A stretch of 64,000 bases of DNA. Origin: Octopus sinensis. Its lineage: Eukaryota. Below the pieces are notes generated by a model. The model did not search any database and was not told where the DNA came from. It was given only the letters and a program-made list of their open reading frames with translations. Within the stretch, counting starts at the first letter, position 1, and the number at the start of each line of letters is the position of its first letter. The stretch is from assembly GCF_006345805.1 (NCBI RefSeq), contig NC_043006.1:69254001-69318000 (forward strand). The letters are read 5' to 3'. The position numbers and the translations under genes were made by a program. Below are positions 50,015-62,876 of the stretch, piece by piece.

Positions 50015-51075
50015 CGCGGCGAGCAGGCAGTGTCGTTAACACGCCGGACGAAATGCTTAGCGGTATTTCGTCTGCCGCTACGTTCTGTGTTCAAATTCCG
50101 CCGAGGTCGACTTTGCCTTTCATCCTTTCGGGGTCGATTAAGTAAGTACCAGCTACGCACTGAGGTCGATATAATCGACTTAATCCGTTTGCCTGTCCTT
50201 GTTTGTCCTCCTTGTGTTTAGCCCCTTGTGGGTAGTAAAGAAATAGGTATTTCGTCTATCTTTATGTTCTGAGTTCAAACTCTGCCTTTCATCCTTTCGG
50301 GGTCGATAAATAAAGTACCTCCAAAATATCAAGGCCTGATATCTTCAGTAGAAAGGATTATTAATATTAAGGCGGCGAGGGTGGCAGAAACGTTAGCACG
50401 CCGGACGAAATGCTTAGTGGTATTTCGTCTGCTGTTACGTTCTTAGTTCAAATTCCGCCGAGGTCGACTTTGCTTTCATCCTATCAGGGTCGATAAATTA
50501 AGCACCAGTTACTTAATCTGTTTGTCTGTCCTTGTTTGTCCACTCTATGTTTAGCCCCTTGTGGGTAGTAAAGAAATGGGTATTTCGTCTGCCGCTACGT
50601 TCTGAGTTCAAATTTCGCCAAGGTCAACTTTGCCTTTCATCCTTTCGGGGTCGATTAACTAAGTACCAGTTACGCACTGGAGTCGATATAATCGACTTAA
50701 TCCGTTTATCTATCCTTGTTTGTCCCCTTTGTTTGTAGCTCCTTGTAGGCAGTAAAGAAATAGGTATTTCATCTGTCTTTACGTTCTGAGTTCAAATTCC
50801 GCCGAGGTCGACTTTGCCGTTCATCCTTTCGGGGTCGATTAAATAAGTACCAGTTACGCACTGGGGTCGATGTAATTGACTTAATCCGTTTGTCTGTCCT
50901 TGTTTGTCCCCTCTGTTTTTAGCCCCTTGTGGGTAGTAAAGAAATAGGTATTTCGACTGCCGCTACGTTGAGTTCAAATTCCGCCGAGGTCGACTTTGCC
51001 TTTCATCTTTTCGGGGTCGATGAATTAAGTACCAGTTGTGTACTGAGGTCGATGTAATCGACTAAACCACTCCTC
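50015..51075 (+). mobile_element. Head-to-tail family B SINE multimers (dimer 50015-50355 and tetramer 50370-51075, unit 184 bp)
   Basis: Junction GAAAT(A/G)GGTATTTC at 50240, 50573, 50757 and 50941. Confidence 0.92.
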
Positions 51076-51419
51076 CGAAATTGTGCCACTCCGGACAAAA
51101 TGCCGCTCGGCATTTTGTCCATCTTTGTGTTCTGATTTTTAAAATCTGGCGTGGTCGATTTTTTCTTTTATCCTTCCCGGATCGCTAAAATAAATACAGA
51201 TCGAGCTCTGGGGTCGATGAAGTCGATTAGTCCCTATCCCCACAAAATTTCAGACTTTGAGCCTATAGTAGAAAATATTATTGCTGGTGTTATTACTGCT
51301 TTTGGGGGTGATGGTAGGAGTGAAGACGATGAAGTCATCCGAATAATGACGGTGGCAGCGGTGGAAGGTGAATGGTTTAAGGATTAGAGGGAGGGGCATA
51401 GGGTTGCGGTGAGTGACTG

Positions 51420-51700
51420 TGTAATGTGAAGAAGGAGAGAACTAGGGTGGCGGTGAGAGATCATGTCATGTGAAGAAGGAGAGATGAAGGGTGATGGTAG
51501 GAGATGGTAGGATAATGTGAAGAGGAAGAGATGTAGGGTTAGTGTGGGAAATGATGCAATGTTTAGGGGGGAGAAATGTAGGGTTGTGGTGCGGGATGGT
51601 ATAATGTAAAGAGGAAGAGATGTAGAATGGTGGTGGTGGTGGTGGTAGTGAAAGATGGCACAATGAGAGATGTAGAGTGGTGTTGAAGGATGCTGTAGGG
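51420..51700. repeat. Degenerate purine-rich ~44-bp minisatellite (~6 units)
   Basis: Recurring AATGTGAAGA(A/G)G(G/A)AGAGATGTAGGGT. Confidence 0.7.
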
Positions 51701-52033
51701 AGAGATGGAGACAGGTCAAGTACTTGGAACTCGTATAAGGATTTCTACAAATTAAATGAGAAGAAAAAACTGGGGAAATAAACTATATTTTCTCACACGT
51801 CACAGTTTTTTTTTAATTACGCACTGACATTTATACTGCATATACATGCATCTATACAACGCACACACACATACACACACACAAGCGCTATACAGACATA
51901 ATGAGACTTACATCGCCACATATGCGTTCACACACATACGTATATAAACAAATACACGCATATACAAGCGCACAAACGAAAAACATACACGTACAAACAC
52001 ACACACACACACACACACATAATGTGTGTATAT

Positions 52034-52066
<33 letters not shown>

Positions 52067-52167
52067 TGAGAGAGAGAGAAAGAGAGAATGAGAGAAAGAA
52101 AGAGAAAATATAATGCCATATATACGTCCGCATACATATACATATGTTGATACTTGTGTGTGTGTGT

Positions 52168-52214
<47 letters not shown>

Positions 52215-52289
52215 CACTAATACTGCGAATATTGGTCAGGATAATAAATCAGAAGGCAGGCGTAAAGATGGAATCTCTCGTCGAAGACG

Positions 52290-52565
52290 GCGTATGAGTG
52301 TTCAGCTTTTGCCGAAGGACCTGCACAAATGATTCGTTTATAGTAATCAAATGTATGTGCCGCACATTAGCTCACTCTCCCTCCATCAAATCGACGTTGT
52401 CTGAACAGGTGCACTGTGTGCCACGCGTCAGGTGTCGAAGTGTTCGAAGAGCAACGTGAAATGGAATGTTTTGCTCAAGAACACAGCACACTACTCAGCC
52501 TAGGAATTGAAACCACGATCTCGAGTGCAACTCCTTAACCACTAGGCCATGCGTTTTCACAGGCG
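52290..52565 (-). mobile_element. Family D SINE (diverged)
   Basis: GCAACGTGAAATGGAATGTTTTGCTCAAGAACAC...GGAATTGAAACC. Confidence 0.7.
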
Positions 52566-53029
52566 TAATAACAACAATAATAACGATAATAATTCTTTCT
52601 AATTTTGGTACCAGGCCTGCAACGTGGGAGTTGGGTAGTCGATACTATTGACCCCCCCCCCCCCCCCCCCAGCACTTGATTTACACACTTTTACTGACCC
52701 TGAAAAGATGAAAGACAAAATTGTCCTGAAAAAGTAAAGAACCGAACGAAATACCCCTACGCATTTTGTTTGGCATTGCAACGACCCTGTCAGCTCGTTT
52801 CCTTAATAATAATAGTAACAATATTTTCTACAAAATATTTTTATTATTATTGTGCTAAAATTTGAAACTAATATATAGATCCTGTCTACATGCTGTCTAT
52901 ATTACTATGAATATGTAGACATTGTCTATACATTGTCTATTTCTATTGTGAATATATAGACTCAGTCTGTCTCATCTAGACCAACACATTGTCTTACTTA
53001 TAACTATACTCTATACACTGTATTTCGTA

Positions 53030-53098
<69 letters not shown>

Positions 53099-53239
53099 AT
53101 ACACTCTGTGTGTACATGATATCTACGAGGATTGTAAAGAAAATAATGCAAATGCGAGTGTAACATTGTGGGTATTTTACTACCACTGCCTCTAATTTCT
53201 TCACTTCACACCAGGAGTTAATAAATTTGGTACCTGTTG

Positions 53240-53495
53240 TATGATGGTCTTGAGCAAGACTTTTCATTTCACGTTGCTTTAGTTCACCCAGCTGTCGAAA
53301 TGAGTTGCGACGTCACTGGTTCCAATCTGTATCGGCCTTTGTCTTTCCCTTGGATTACATCGATGGCACGAAGAGGGGAGGCTAGTATGCATGGGCGACT
53401 GTTATTCTTCCATAAACAACCTTGCCTGGTCTTGTGCCTCGGAGGGCATCTTTCTAGGTCATTCATGACCGAAAGGGGTCTTTATCCTTTTAGCC
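53240..53495 (+). mobile_element. Headless family D SINE with long tail
   Basis: Reverse complement of 27760-28030. Confidence 0.7.
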
Positions 53496-53952
53496 AATAT
53501 AATGGTGTTCATCTAATTAACTACATCCCTTCTCAACAAAGAACAAAAACCGGTAGAGCAACAAAGTGCGTGGCAGTGGTGTCGAGCTGGCAGAATCGTT
53601 AGTACGCCAGACAAAATGCTCAGCAGCATTTCGTCTGTCCTTACGGTCTGAGTTCAAATTCCGCTGAGGCCAATTTTGCATTTCATCACTTCAAGGTCGA
53701 TTAAATAAAAAAGCAGTTGAGGACTGAGGTCGATGTAATCGACTTAGCCCTCCCCCGGACTGGCTGGGTTTGTGCGAAAATTTGAACCCAATATTTAATT
53801 ATTTCTCTTCAAATCCAACCGAGAAGGACATTGCCTTTCGTCCTTCCGGTTTCGATAAAATAGAGAACCAGTCAAGTACTGGAGTCAATTGAACTGGTTA
53901 ATCCTTTCCCACAGATTCATGGTCCTGTGCCAATATTAGAAATGATTTACTA

Positions 53953-53992
<40 letters not shown>

Positions 53993-54818
53993 TGTTGCTG
54001 TTGTTGTTGTTGTAGTGTTGATGGCCTTATGCATAGTAATCTTCTCTCTACACTTGTCTTTGAACTTCTGCTCACAATTGAAGATGTTTCTGTTGTAGTA
54101 GTCGTAGCTAAAGTAATTTTATTATTATTATTATTATTATTATTATATTATTATTATTATTATTATTATTATAGTAGTAGTAGTAGTAGTAGTAGTAGTA
54201 TAGTAGTAGTAGTAGTAGTAGTAAACTGAACAGCTGGGAGGAATTTCTGGTGTATCTCTAACAATCAGAGACCCTGCCTCCTTTTATAAATTCCAATGTC
54301 ATCAACAATAGGACAATAGGTGGGCGTCAGCTGGGTGGGATAAACAGTTGTCTTTTGATCTTGCCGCCATCTCCTCACAGGCTCACACATTTATCACTCC
54401 GTCTCTCTCACTCTTTCTCTCCCTCTCTCTCTGATTTGGATAAACATTTGTGTGTCTATGAGTGATTCCCATCACACGTACGTGTGTCTATACATATACA
54501 AGTATCATAAACTCATGCACACCGACATACACACAAATATCACGGTAAAGGTACACACACACACACACACACACACACACGTATATATATATATATACAT
54601 ATATGTATGTATATATATATATATTTGTATGTATATAAGCATAAATGTATACAATTTGTAAAAGTTCATTTTCTATATATACTTATATTAGGGGAAACAC
54701 TACGCCTCCCGCTCTTCAGCTTACACCTTCATTTCCTGTCTATATACCATTAGAGTTGTGAGTGTGTGTATACGCGCGTGCGCACGCACACATGTGTGTG
54801 TGTGTGTATATATATATG

Positions 54819-54858
<40 letters not shown>

Positions 54859-56641
54859 TGTATGTATATATATATATGAGCGTGAGTATCTGTGTTTGTA
54901 TATATATATGTACGTATATATGTATGTATGAACGTGAGCATGTGTGTATGTATCTAGATATGTATGTATGTATGTATATGCATGTATGAATATGCGAGCG
55001 CATAGCGAAAAGATAAGTTAAAAAGTAACGCCAGAAATAACAAAACATAATAACAATAATATGAACTGGAAAATAAAATATAAATATCTTTAACATTTCA
55101 GATAATAGTCGTTCACCAGACCGAAAAGTAAAGAGAGCGAGAGAAAAAATGGGAAGAGGGTAACCTACGGTCCGAAGAGCCATGTATTGATCCTGCAAGC
55201 GCTGGTCGAAACAGATTACAAAAGCTTTCTAGAAGGGAGAACAAAGAAGATAATGGGCAGGATATACTTGAATTTGTATGTCCGTATGTCTATGTATGCG
55301 TTTGTGTGTATGTGTGTGTGTATTAAGAGTGCGAGTGTGTTTACTGAGAGTTTCATTTAGGGGTAATAATAGGTCAGGGGTGTATACGTGTACACACACA
55401 CACGCACGCGCACACACACACACGCGCGCGCGCACACACACACACACGCGCGCGCGCGCGCGCGCACACACACACATAGACACCTCAAAATTGAATAGAT
55501 GCCCCTCATTAATCTGTGAGGAAACTACCTGGCGCTTCAAAACTGCTTATGTATTATTATTTTTCATATCAGATTACAAAATGTTGATTTTGTTATAGCA
55601 ACAAGCCATACTACGAACACCATGAGTAATAGAAGTGTCTGACTTTCAAAGCGAGCGTATTCTGGGTCAGTGTGAGTGTGAACTTAGCCAGCGTATGATT
55701 ACGCCAAACCTTGAGATTTGCCACAGACAACAGACTGATTATATAATTCCTGAGCAAAGAAACAGAATCAACAGCATCCCGCTCGGGTTGATCCGCGTCC
55801 TTTGATAAATGTCTTCGAGCAACCAAGCGGATTGTTGTAAAATAATACCCGTAACAAGACAGCTGATGCTGCAGAGCAATCCCAAATGAGTCAGAATACT
55901 TTTTTGAAATATACCCACCAGCTTGGCTACTATGGTAGAGCACTTAGAAGGAACCACTTTTTCGACCAGCAAATATCCAAAGGAGAAAAGGAAAATATGT
56001 CAGGGTTTGGGGAACCTTTTTAACCAATTACCCCCAAATATATTTATTTACGCCGATGTTACCCTCTTGATTTGAAAGGAAGAAAATCATAGATTCTTTG
56101 AATTCAAAAGGCTTATTGAATGTATTTTTATGAATCTATTCATACGTCCATTACATTGGACAGATGCAGTGTTGCTACAAGAAAAATATCTGTAGTAACG
56201 AGGAACACGTTTTTTTTATATATATAATTTTACTTATATCTAATGAGTCCTCATTACCCACCAAAATGCCATTTGTACTCCATTTGGGATAATTTACCCC
56301 GGTTCGCCAACCCCTGAAATATATCGTTCAAAAACGGTGTTTGTTTACTTTTGGGATGTTTGGTGATATTTATGCCAGTCTGAGAATCATGTGCACTTTC
56401 CTAAACGTAGCGATGTTTACTACGCTTTTGATTTTTTTTCTTTAGAATTTGAATGTCGAATTCCTTTAAGAAAATGGCCAAGTTGCTATTTTGCACAATG
56501 CATTGTTTGAACGCCGTTGAGATTTAGAAAAATGGCCTGGGTAATTTTGTAGTGCAAAAATTTTTTGGGGTGGCAAATCATTCTCATTCCCGAAACTATA
56601 CGCAAGATCATGGCAAAATCCAGAACAGTTAAGTTGGCCGA

Positions 56642-56760
56642 AAGAAGAAGAAGAAGAAGAAGAAGAAGAAGAAGAAGAAGAAGAAGAAGAAGAAGAAGAA
56701 GAAGAAGAAGAAGAAGAAGAGAGAAGAAGAAGAAGAAGAAGAAGAAGAAGAAGAAGAAGA
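56642..56760. repeat. (AAG)n microsatellite, followed by a family B SINE on the minus strand (56760-56955)
   Basis: Direct reading. Confidence 0.95.
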
Positions 56761-57614
56761 ATCCTTTCTATTATAGGCTCAAGGCCTGGAATTTGAGGGG
56801 ATGGGGATAGTCGGGCAAAACGACCCCAGTACTTGACTAGTACTTATTTTATCGATTCCGAAGGATGAAAGGCAAAGTCGACCTCGGCAGAATTTGAACT
56901 CAGAACGTAAAGACAGACGAAATACCTCTAACGATTCAGCCAGCTCACTGCCTTAACAACAACAACAACAACAACAACAATTTCTGTTCATAAATTTTAA
57001 AATAAATATTTTGAAATAAATTGCAGTATCAGTTCAATATTTATATAAGCACCTGTATTGATACGTGACTTTGTACATAGATTTCTTTGATTTGGTGCAC
57101 TTTTGTTTCATGAAAGAATCAGCAGAAAATACAAAAATAAAAGACGAAAAAAAAACCCATTTATGGCAGTTCTATTGGACTGAAATACATTGTGTGTTTT
57201 ATTTCCTTTTTCGTTACCACATTCTAGTTTACGTTACTTCCCTCATCTTAATACGAACAAAGATAGAAAGTTTGTATTTCTTAACGCTAGTTTTAATACC
57301 CTGTTTAAGTGCCATTTAAAAATCAAGCAGCATTCTCATTTGGAAAATGGTGTCTGATTGACCAACAACAAACTGAACGGACAGTTCAATGCGATAAACG
57401 GAGACGCAAAAGAAATGGAGAAAAAAATTATTAGTAAGGGTGGTTGTGCTTTAATGAGTGAGAGCAGAAACGTAAAATTAAGGAAGAAATTAAAGTTTGG
57501 TATGTATATTTATTAAATATCTTTTGAACAAGCGTATAGCTGATAATGGCCGAGGGTGCGTTGAAATTAATATAAAATTTAAATAATTATATTGAAAATT
57601 GCACTATGTCTAGG

Positions 57615-57985
57615 AAACGTCGTCGTGGCACTCCATCGGTTACGACGGCGAGGGTTCCAGTTAATCTGATCAACGGAACACCCTGCTCGTGAAATTAACG
57701 TGAAAGTGGCTGAGCACTGCACAAACACTTGTACCCTTAACGTAGTTCTCGGGGAGATTCAGCGTGGCACAGTGAATGACAAGGCTGGCCCTTTAAAATA
57801 CAGGTACAATAGAAACAGGAAGAAAGAGTGAGAGAAAGTTGTGGGGAAAGAGTACAGCAGGGTTCGCCACCAACCCCTGTCGGAGCCCAATAAACACTCA
57901 CAACGTCCGGTCTGGGAATAGAAACCGCGATCCTACGACTGCGAGTCCGCTGCCCTAACCAACAGGCCATTACGCCTCTACATGT
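57615..57985 (-). mobile_element. Family C SINE
   Basis: Consensus match with a small internal deletion. Confidence 0.85.
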
Positions 57986-58069
57986 CTGGGTATACTCATA
58001 TAGTGACAAGAGAGAGTTATAAAACAAGGAGAAAAGTACAGGGTGTTGCTATCGGTATATATAAGAATA

Positions 58070-58100
<31 letters not shown>

Positions 58101-58122
58101 CTATATATATATATATATATAT

Positions 58123-58182
<60 letters not shown>

Positions 58183-58303
58183 TATATAAATATAATTAAA
58201 ATCACAATAAGGGTGAAAAAAATTGAATATTAATTAATAGCATCAATTTGAAACACCAAGTGGCCTAGCGTAAAAAAACTGAGATACAGTAAAAAACTTT
58301 TAA

Positions 58304-58869
58304 TACAAGTAATAAGAGAGAGACCACATGTGCTCATTCTAGCGCTAGAAAAAAGATCCGCAAAGGGAATCCACCACTAAAGAATTGTTCTCAAGCATTA
58401 ATTCAACACGCCAAGAATGTAAGCGGGCAGGACAAATGAATAATAACGAAAAAATAGATTAATTCTATACAATTGTTTCATCGTTAATAAATTGTGTAAT
58501 TTTACTTACATAATCATTTTCGAATCCTCAGTAGAGTATATCAAAAATATAACTGCAGATATAAACGGCTGTGCCGTTCGCCTTTGCTCGGCTTCGTATG
58601 GATTTTGGCGTTCAGTTCAGCAAATTATATTTTTGATATACTCTACTGAGGATTCGAAAATGATTATGTAAGTAAAATTACACAATCTATTAACGATGAC
58701 AAAATTGTATAGAGTTAATCTATTTTTTCGTTATTTTTCATTTGTCCTGCCCGCTTACATTCTTGGCGTTGTTGAATTAATGCTTGAGAACAATTCTTTA
58801 GTGGTGGATTCCCTTTGCGGATCTATTTCTAGCGTTAGTGTGACCACATGTGGTCTCTCTCTTATTACT

Positions 58870-58873
<4 letters not shown>
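58304..58873. repeat. Fold-back element with ~249-bp inverted arms (58304-58552 / 58625-58873) and a 72-nt loop
   Basis: The arms are near-perfect reverse complements over their whole length. Confidence 0.95.
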
Positions 58874-58929
<56 letters not shown>

Positions 58930-58984
58930 CTGCACACACACATACACATGCATATATGCATACACACACGTATATATATATTCA

Positions 58985-59398
58985 ATTCTTTTGCTTGTTT
59001 CAGTCATTTGACTGCGGCCATGCTGGAGCACCACCTTTAGTCGAACAAATCGACCACAGGACTTATACTTTGTAAGCCTAGTACTTATTCTATCGGGTTT
59101 TTTTTGCCGAACCGCGAAGTTACGGGGACGTAAACACACCATCATCGGTTGTCAAGCGAAGGTGGGGGACAAACACAGACAAAAATAACAAATACATACA
59201 TACATACATACATACATACATACATACATACATACGTCAGGCTTCTTTCAGTTTTCGTTTACTAAATCCACTCACAAGGCTTTGATCGGCCTGAAGCTAT
59301 AGTTGGAGACACTTGCCCAATGTACCATGCAGTGGGACTGAAGCTGGAACCGTGTATTTAGGAAGCAAACTTCTTACCACGCAGCCACTCCTGCGCCT
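58985..59398 (-). mobile_element. Family A SINE
   Basis: Consensus match. Confidence 0.88.
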
Positions 59399-59419
59399 AT
59401 ATCTATATACACATGTTAA

Positions 59420-59803
59420 TCTCTCTATATATAAACGGCAGTTTGTCTGTGTGTGTTTCTGTGTGTCTGTTTGCTTGTACCCTCACTCTGACCACGGCTT
59501 TCAACCGATTCTGATGAAACTTGACACACACATAGCCCAATGTCATAATTCAAAACTAACGCAGCGAAAATTTTGAAAAGTTCCCCCAGTTCTGAAAAAG
59601 ATCGATAAATTCAACATGGGGTCGACAATCAGAAATACAAACCACAGATGGTCATGGGGACGCAACTCGACCTTTTTAACTATCAAACAAAATTTACCAT
59701 CTTTTTTTCCCATTTTTTTGCTATTTTTTGGCTATAACTCTCTAAAAAATCCTTTATAGTTATTTCCCTTACAAACCCGAGCAACGCCGGGCGATACTGC
59801 TAG
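59420..59803 (+). mobile_element. Non-autonomous Helitron
   Basis: 5' A|TC, subterminal hairpin CCCGAGCAACGCCGGG (59776-59791), 3' CTAG|T, and no TSD. Confidence 0.85.
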
Positions 59804-59997
59804 TTAATTAATAAATGAATTTGTATCTATTAGGTCTCTCTGTTTTCTAACTCGATTATAATATTTGATATTTTGCGATTTTTTATATAATATATTCATT
59901 GAAAAAATATCCCTCCAAAATATAATATATTAAACCAGTGTATCTTGGATAAAAATATCCCTTTAATGGGTTTCAATATCCTCACTGTGACTATATA

Positions 59998-60182
59998 CAG
60001 CGTTGGCCAAAAGTCGCCTGACAGTAAATCAAAACCCATCTAATTTCAAGATTAAAACAAAAAATTATATTAAATGAAACTTACCTAATAAATAGATGAA
60101 TGTTGAAAAAAAAACCGTGATTTTAACTCACAGCATTCAATTATTAAACATTCTTAACTGGAGTGACTTTTGGCCAATCCTG
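59998..60182. mobile_element. Tc1/mariner-type MITE
   Basis: TIRs CAGCGTTGGCCAAAAGTCGC and (reverse complement) CAGGATTGGCCAAAAGTCAC, 17/20 match. The left flank is TA. Confidence 0.8.
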
Positions 60183-60237
60183 TGTGTGTATACATACATA
60201 CATACATACATACATACATACGTACGTACATACATGC

Positions 60238-60268
<31 letters not shown>

Positions 60269-60716
60269 TACAGACACACACATATATATACATGATGAAT
60301 GAGAAAATAATAAACACAACAAAAGGGATATGTTCTTATAAAGGTGTTATTAGTCTAATGCTCGAAAGAAAACATCTTTGACGTTTCGGACGTTAGTTCT
60401 CCATTAGAAAAACGAAATAGAGGAAAGATGGTGGAAAGGAGGGAAAGCGTAAAAAAAAGTGAAGGAAAAATGTTTAGGAGCCGAGTAGAAATGCGATTGA
60501 ATGAGAAGTTGGGAAGAGAGGAAGAGGAGGGTTAATGTGTGCATGTGTAGGAGGGTATCTGCTTAAGGAGGGGGCATAGTATGAGATGTGTGAGCGCCGT
60601 GAAGTGCAGGTGGTTAGCACAGGGTAGCGAAAACACACACGCACACACACACACACACACATGCATGTATATATTTATGTGTAGTATGTGTGCATGTAAT
60701 TATGTATGTACTTTCA

Positions 60717-60759
<43 letters not shown>

Positions 60760-60997
60760 GTGTTGTCCCTGTACTTAATGCATCTGTATAAAATTATTTG
60801 CTTCTTAGCTTCCAGTTAAACTGAAATATTTCAGTGCATCTGTTAAGAATTATCATAGAAAATTGCTTTCCGTATAAAAGACTGTCAGTTTTCATATTTA
60901 CAGAAATTCTACGTCCCACCTCACCGGCTATACGAGCATTTCTCTCTACACTACGACTCTCTTTCTCTCTCTCCTCTCTCTCGCTTCTCTCTCTATA

Positions 60998-61075
<78 letters not shown>

Positions 61076-61334
61076 ACTATTTATCTGTTTATGTTGCTAG
61101 CTGATTTACTGAATTCATTTAACCATAAAATTATTTTAATTTAGCAATTACCTCGTGGAAGAACCATTCCCACCGTTTAATTACAAAAACAAACAAAAGT
61201 GTTGAAATCCCTTTAACTTATTACAAGATGGTGTCAAAATTTTCGTCGCTCCACTGGGACCTGATCACCGACGCATTTCCATCTGAGGCAACGCATCAGC
61301 GATCAGGTTACGGTTGTACTCATACATGCACATA

Positions 61335-61530
61335 CGAAGGGGTGCTGAAAAGTTCCTGGCTTTAGGCAAAAAGAAAAAAATACAGGAAGATCAGTTAATT
61401 ATGATTTTATTCAACATGTTCTCCTCTCAGATTCACACACATATTGCAGCAGTAAGAATTCGGTAAGTTGAACCTCCAGCAAGGCCTTTCCCGATAACCT
61501 TAAAACCAGGAACTTTCCAGCTCCTCCTCA
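61335..61530. mobile_element. Mariner-type MITE; truncated relative at 62650-62842
   Basis: TIRs CGAAGGGGTGCTGAAAAGTTCCTGGCTTTA and (reverse complement) TGAGGAGGAGCTGGAAAGTTCCTGGTTTTA, with TA on both sides. Confidence 0.8.
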
Positions 61531-61535
61531 TATAT

Positions 61536-61601
<66 letters not shown>

Positions 61602-61603
61602 CA

Positions 61604-61672
<69 letters not shown>

Positions 61673-62059
61673 CTAGCAGTATCGCGCCCGGCGTTGCTCA
61701 GGTTTGTAAGGGAAATAACTATAAAGCATTTTTAGAGAGTTATAGTCAAAAAATAGCAAAAAAATGGAAAAAAAATGATGGTAATTTTTTTTTTGAGAGT
61801 TAAAAAAGGTGGAGTTGCGTCCCCTAGACGGTCTGTGGTTTGGGTTTCTGATTCTCGACCCCATGTCGAATTTATCGATTTTTTTCAGAACTGGGGGAAC
61901 TTTTCAAAATTTTCGCTGCGTTAGTTTTGAATTATGACATTGGGCTATGTGTGTGTCAAGTTTCATCAGAATCGGTTGAAAGCCGTGGTCAGAGTGAGGG
62001 TACGAGAAAACAGACACACAGAAAACGCACAGACAAACTGCCGTTTATATAGAGAGAGA
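61673..62059 (-). mobile_element. Non-autonomous Helitron, same family as 59420-59803, opposite orientation
   Basis: Reverse complement of the first copy, with the same termini and hairpin. Confidence 0.85.
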
Positions 62060-62876
62060 TATAATATATATATATTGTATAGAGGGTATTATTACACATA
62101 AATGCCATACGCTAGGAGGGACTTTCAAAGTCATTACTACCAAAAATAAATGAATCGTACCGAATACAGCTCTCGAAGCAAGACATTTAGAAACATAATT
62201 TATATATATATATATATATATATATGGAAAAAAGTCAAGGTAGAAAAGGCTAAAATGATTTTATAAAAAACATTTCAGCACCGGTTTCAGTCATTGAGAC
62301 TTCTTCAACTGCAACCATGGAAAACAATTAAATTTTGGAAAAATTAAATGAAAAGTTTTTAAAAAGAATATTTGCATGGTATTCAGATACAAGGGGCATT
62401 TTCCTTGTTTCTGCCTGTCTCTGTCTCTATTGTTTAATCTTGTGGGTTCGATCGTTGTGAATTCTTGGCAGAGAAGAAGAAGAATACGGGAGTGCTATGT
62501 TAGTAGTAGGATGTGAAATGGTCAAGTGCCCTGAAAGTGACTTGTTGTGGATGGTAGTAGTGAGCATTTTCTACCTTGACTTTTTTTCCCATATATATAT
62601 CAACTCGTGTGCTCCTTTTCAACCTTATATATATGTATACACACGCACAAAGGGTGAAAGGAAATACAGGAGGATCAATTTATTTTGATTTTATTCAACG
62701 TATTCCCTTCTCAGATTCACACACTTATTGCAGCGGTCCTTCAGGTTTTCTAAGTCCAGTGCAAGAACTTGGAAAGTTGGGCCTCCAGTCAGGCGTTTTG
62801 CGATACCCTTAAGGCCAGGAACTTTTCAACACCCTCATGTACATACTAACATCTAGAAAGCATCAGTAAAAATACA

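Noticed and set aside
50015-51075. CRISPR-like repeat/spacer array
   Set aside because: The units are whole 184-bp SINE bodies without unique spacers, there are no cas genes, and the context is eukaryotic.
55611-55972. 110-aa minus-strand ORF
   Set aside because: The RHLSKDADQP segment suggests a very decayed CR1-type LINE end. It is too degenerate to call either a gene or an element.
56020-56625. piggyBac-like MITE (TTAACC... start)
   Set aside because: No matching right TIR found.
57310-57501. + exon candidate (MEKKIISKGGCALMSESRNVKLRKKLKF|GTATGT, or PFKNQ...KRRRKRNGEKNY*)
   Set aside because: Two competing short frames, a weak acceptor and no recognisable homology.
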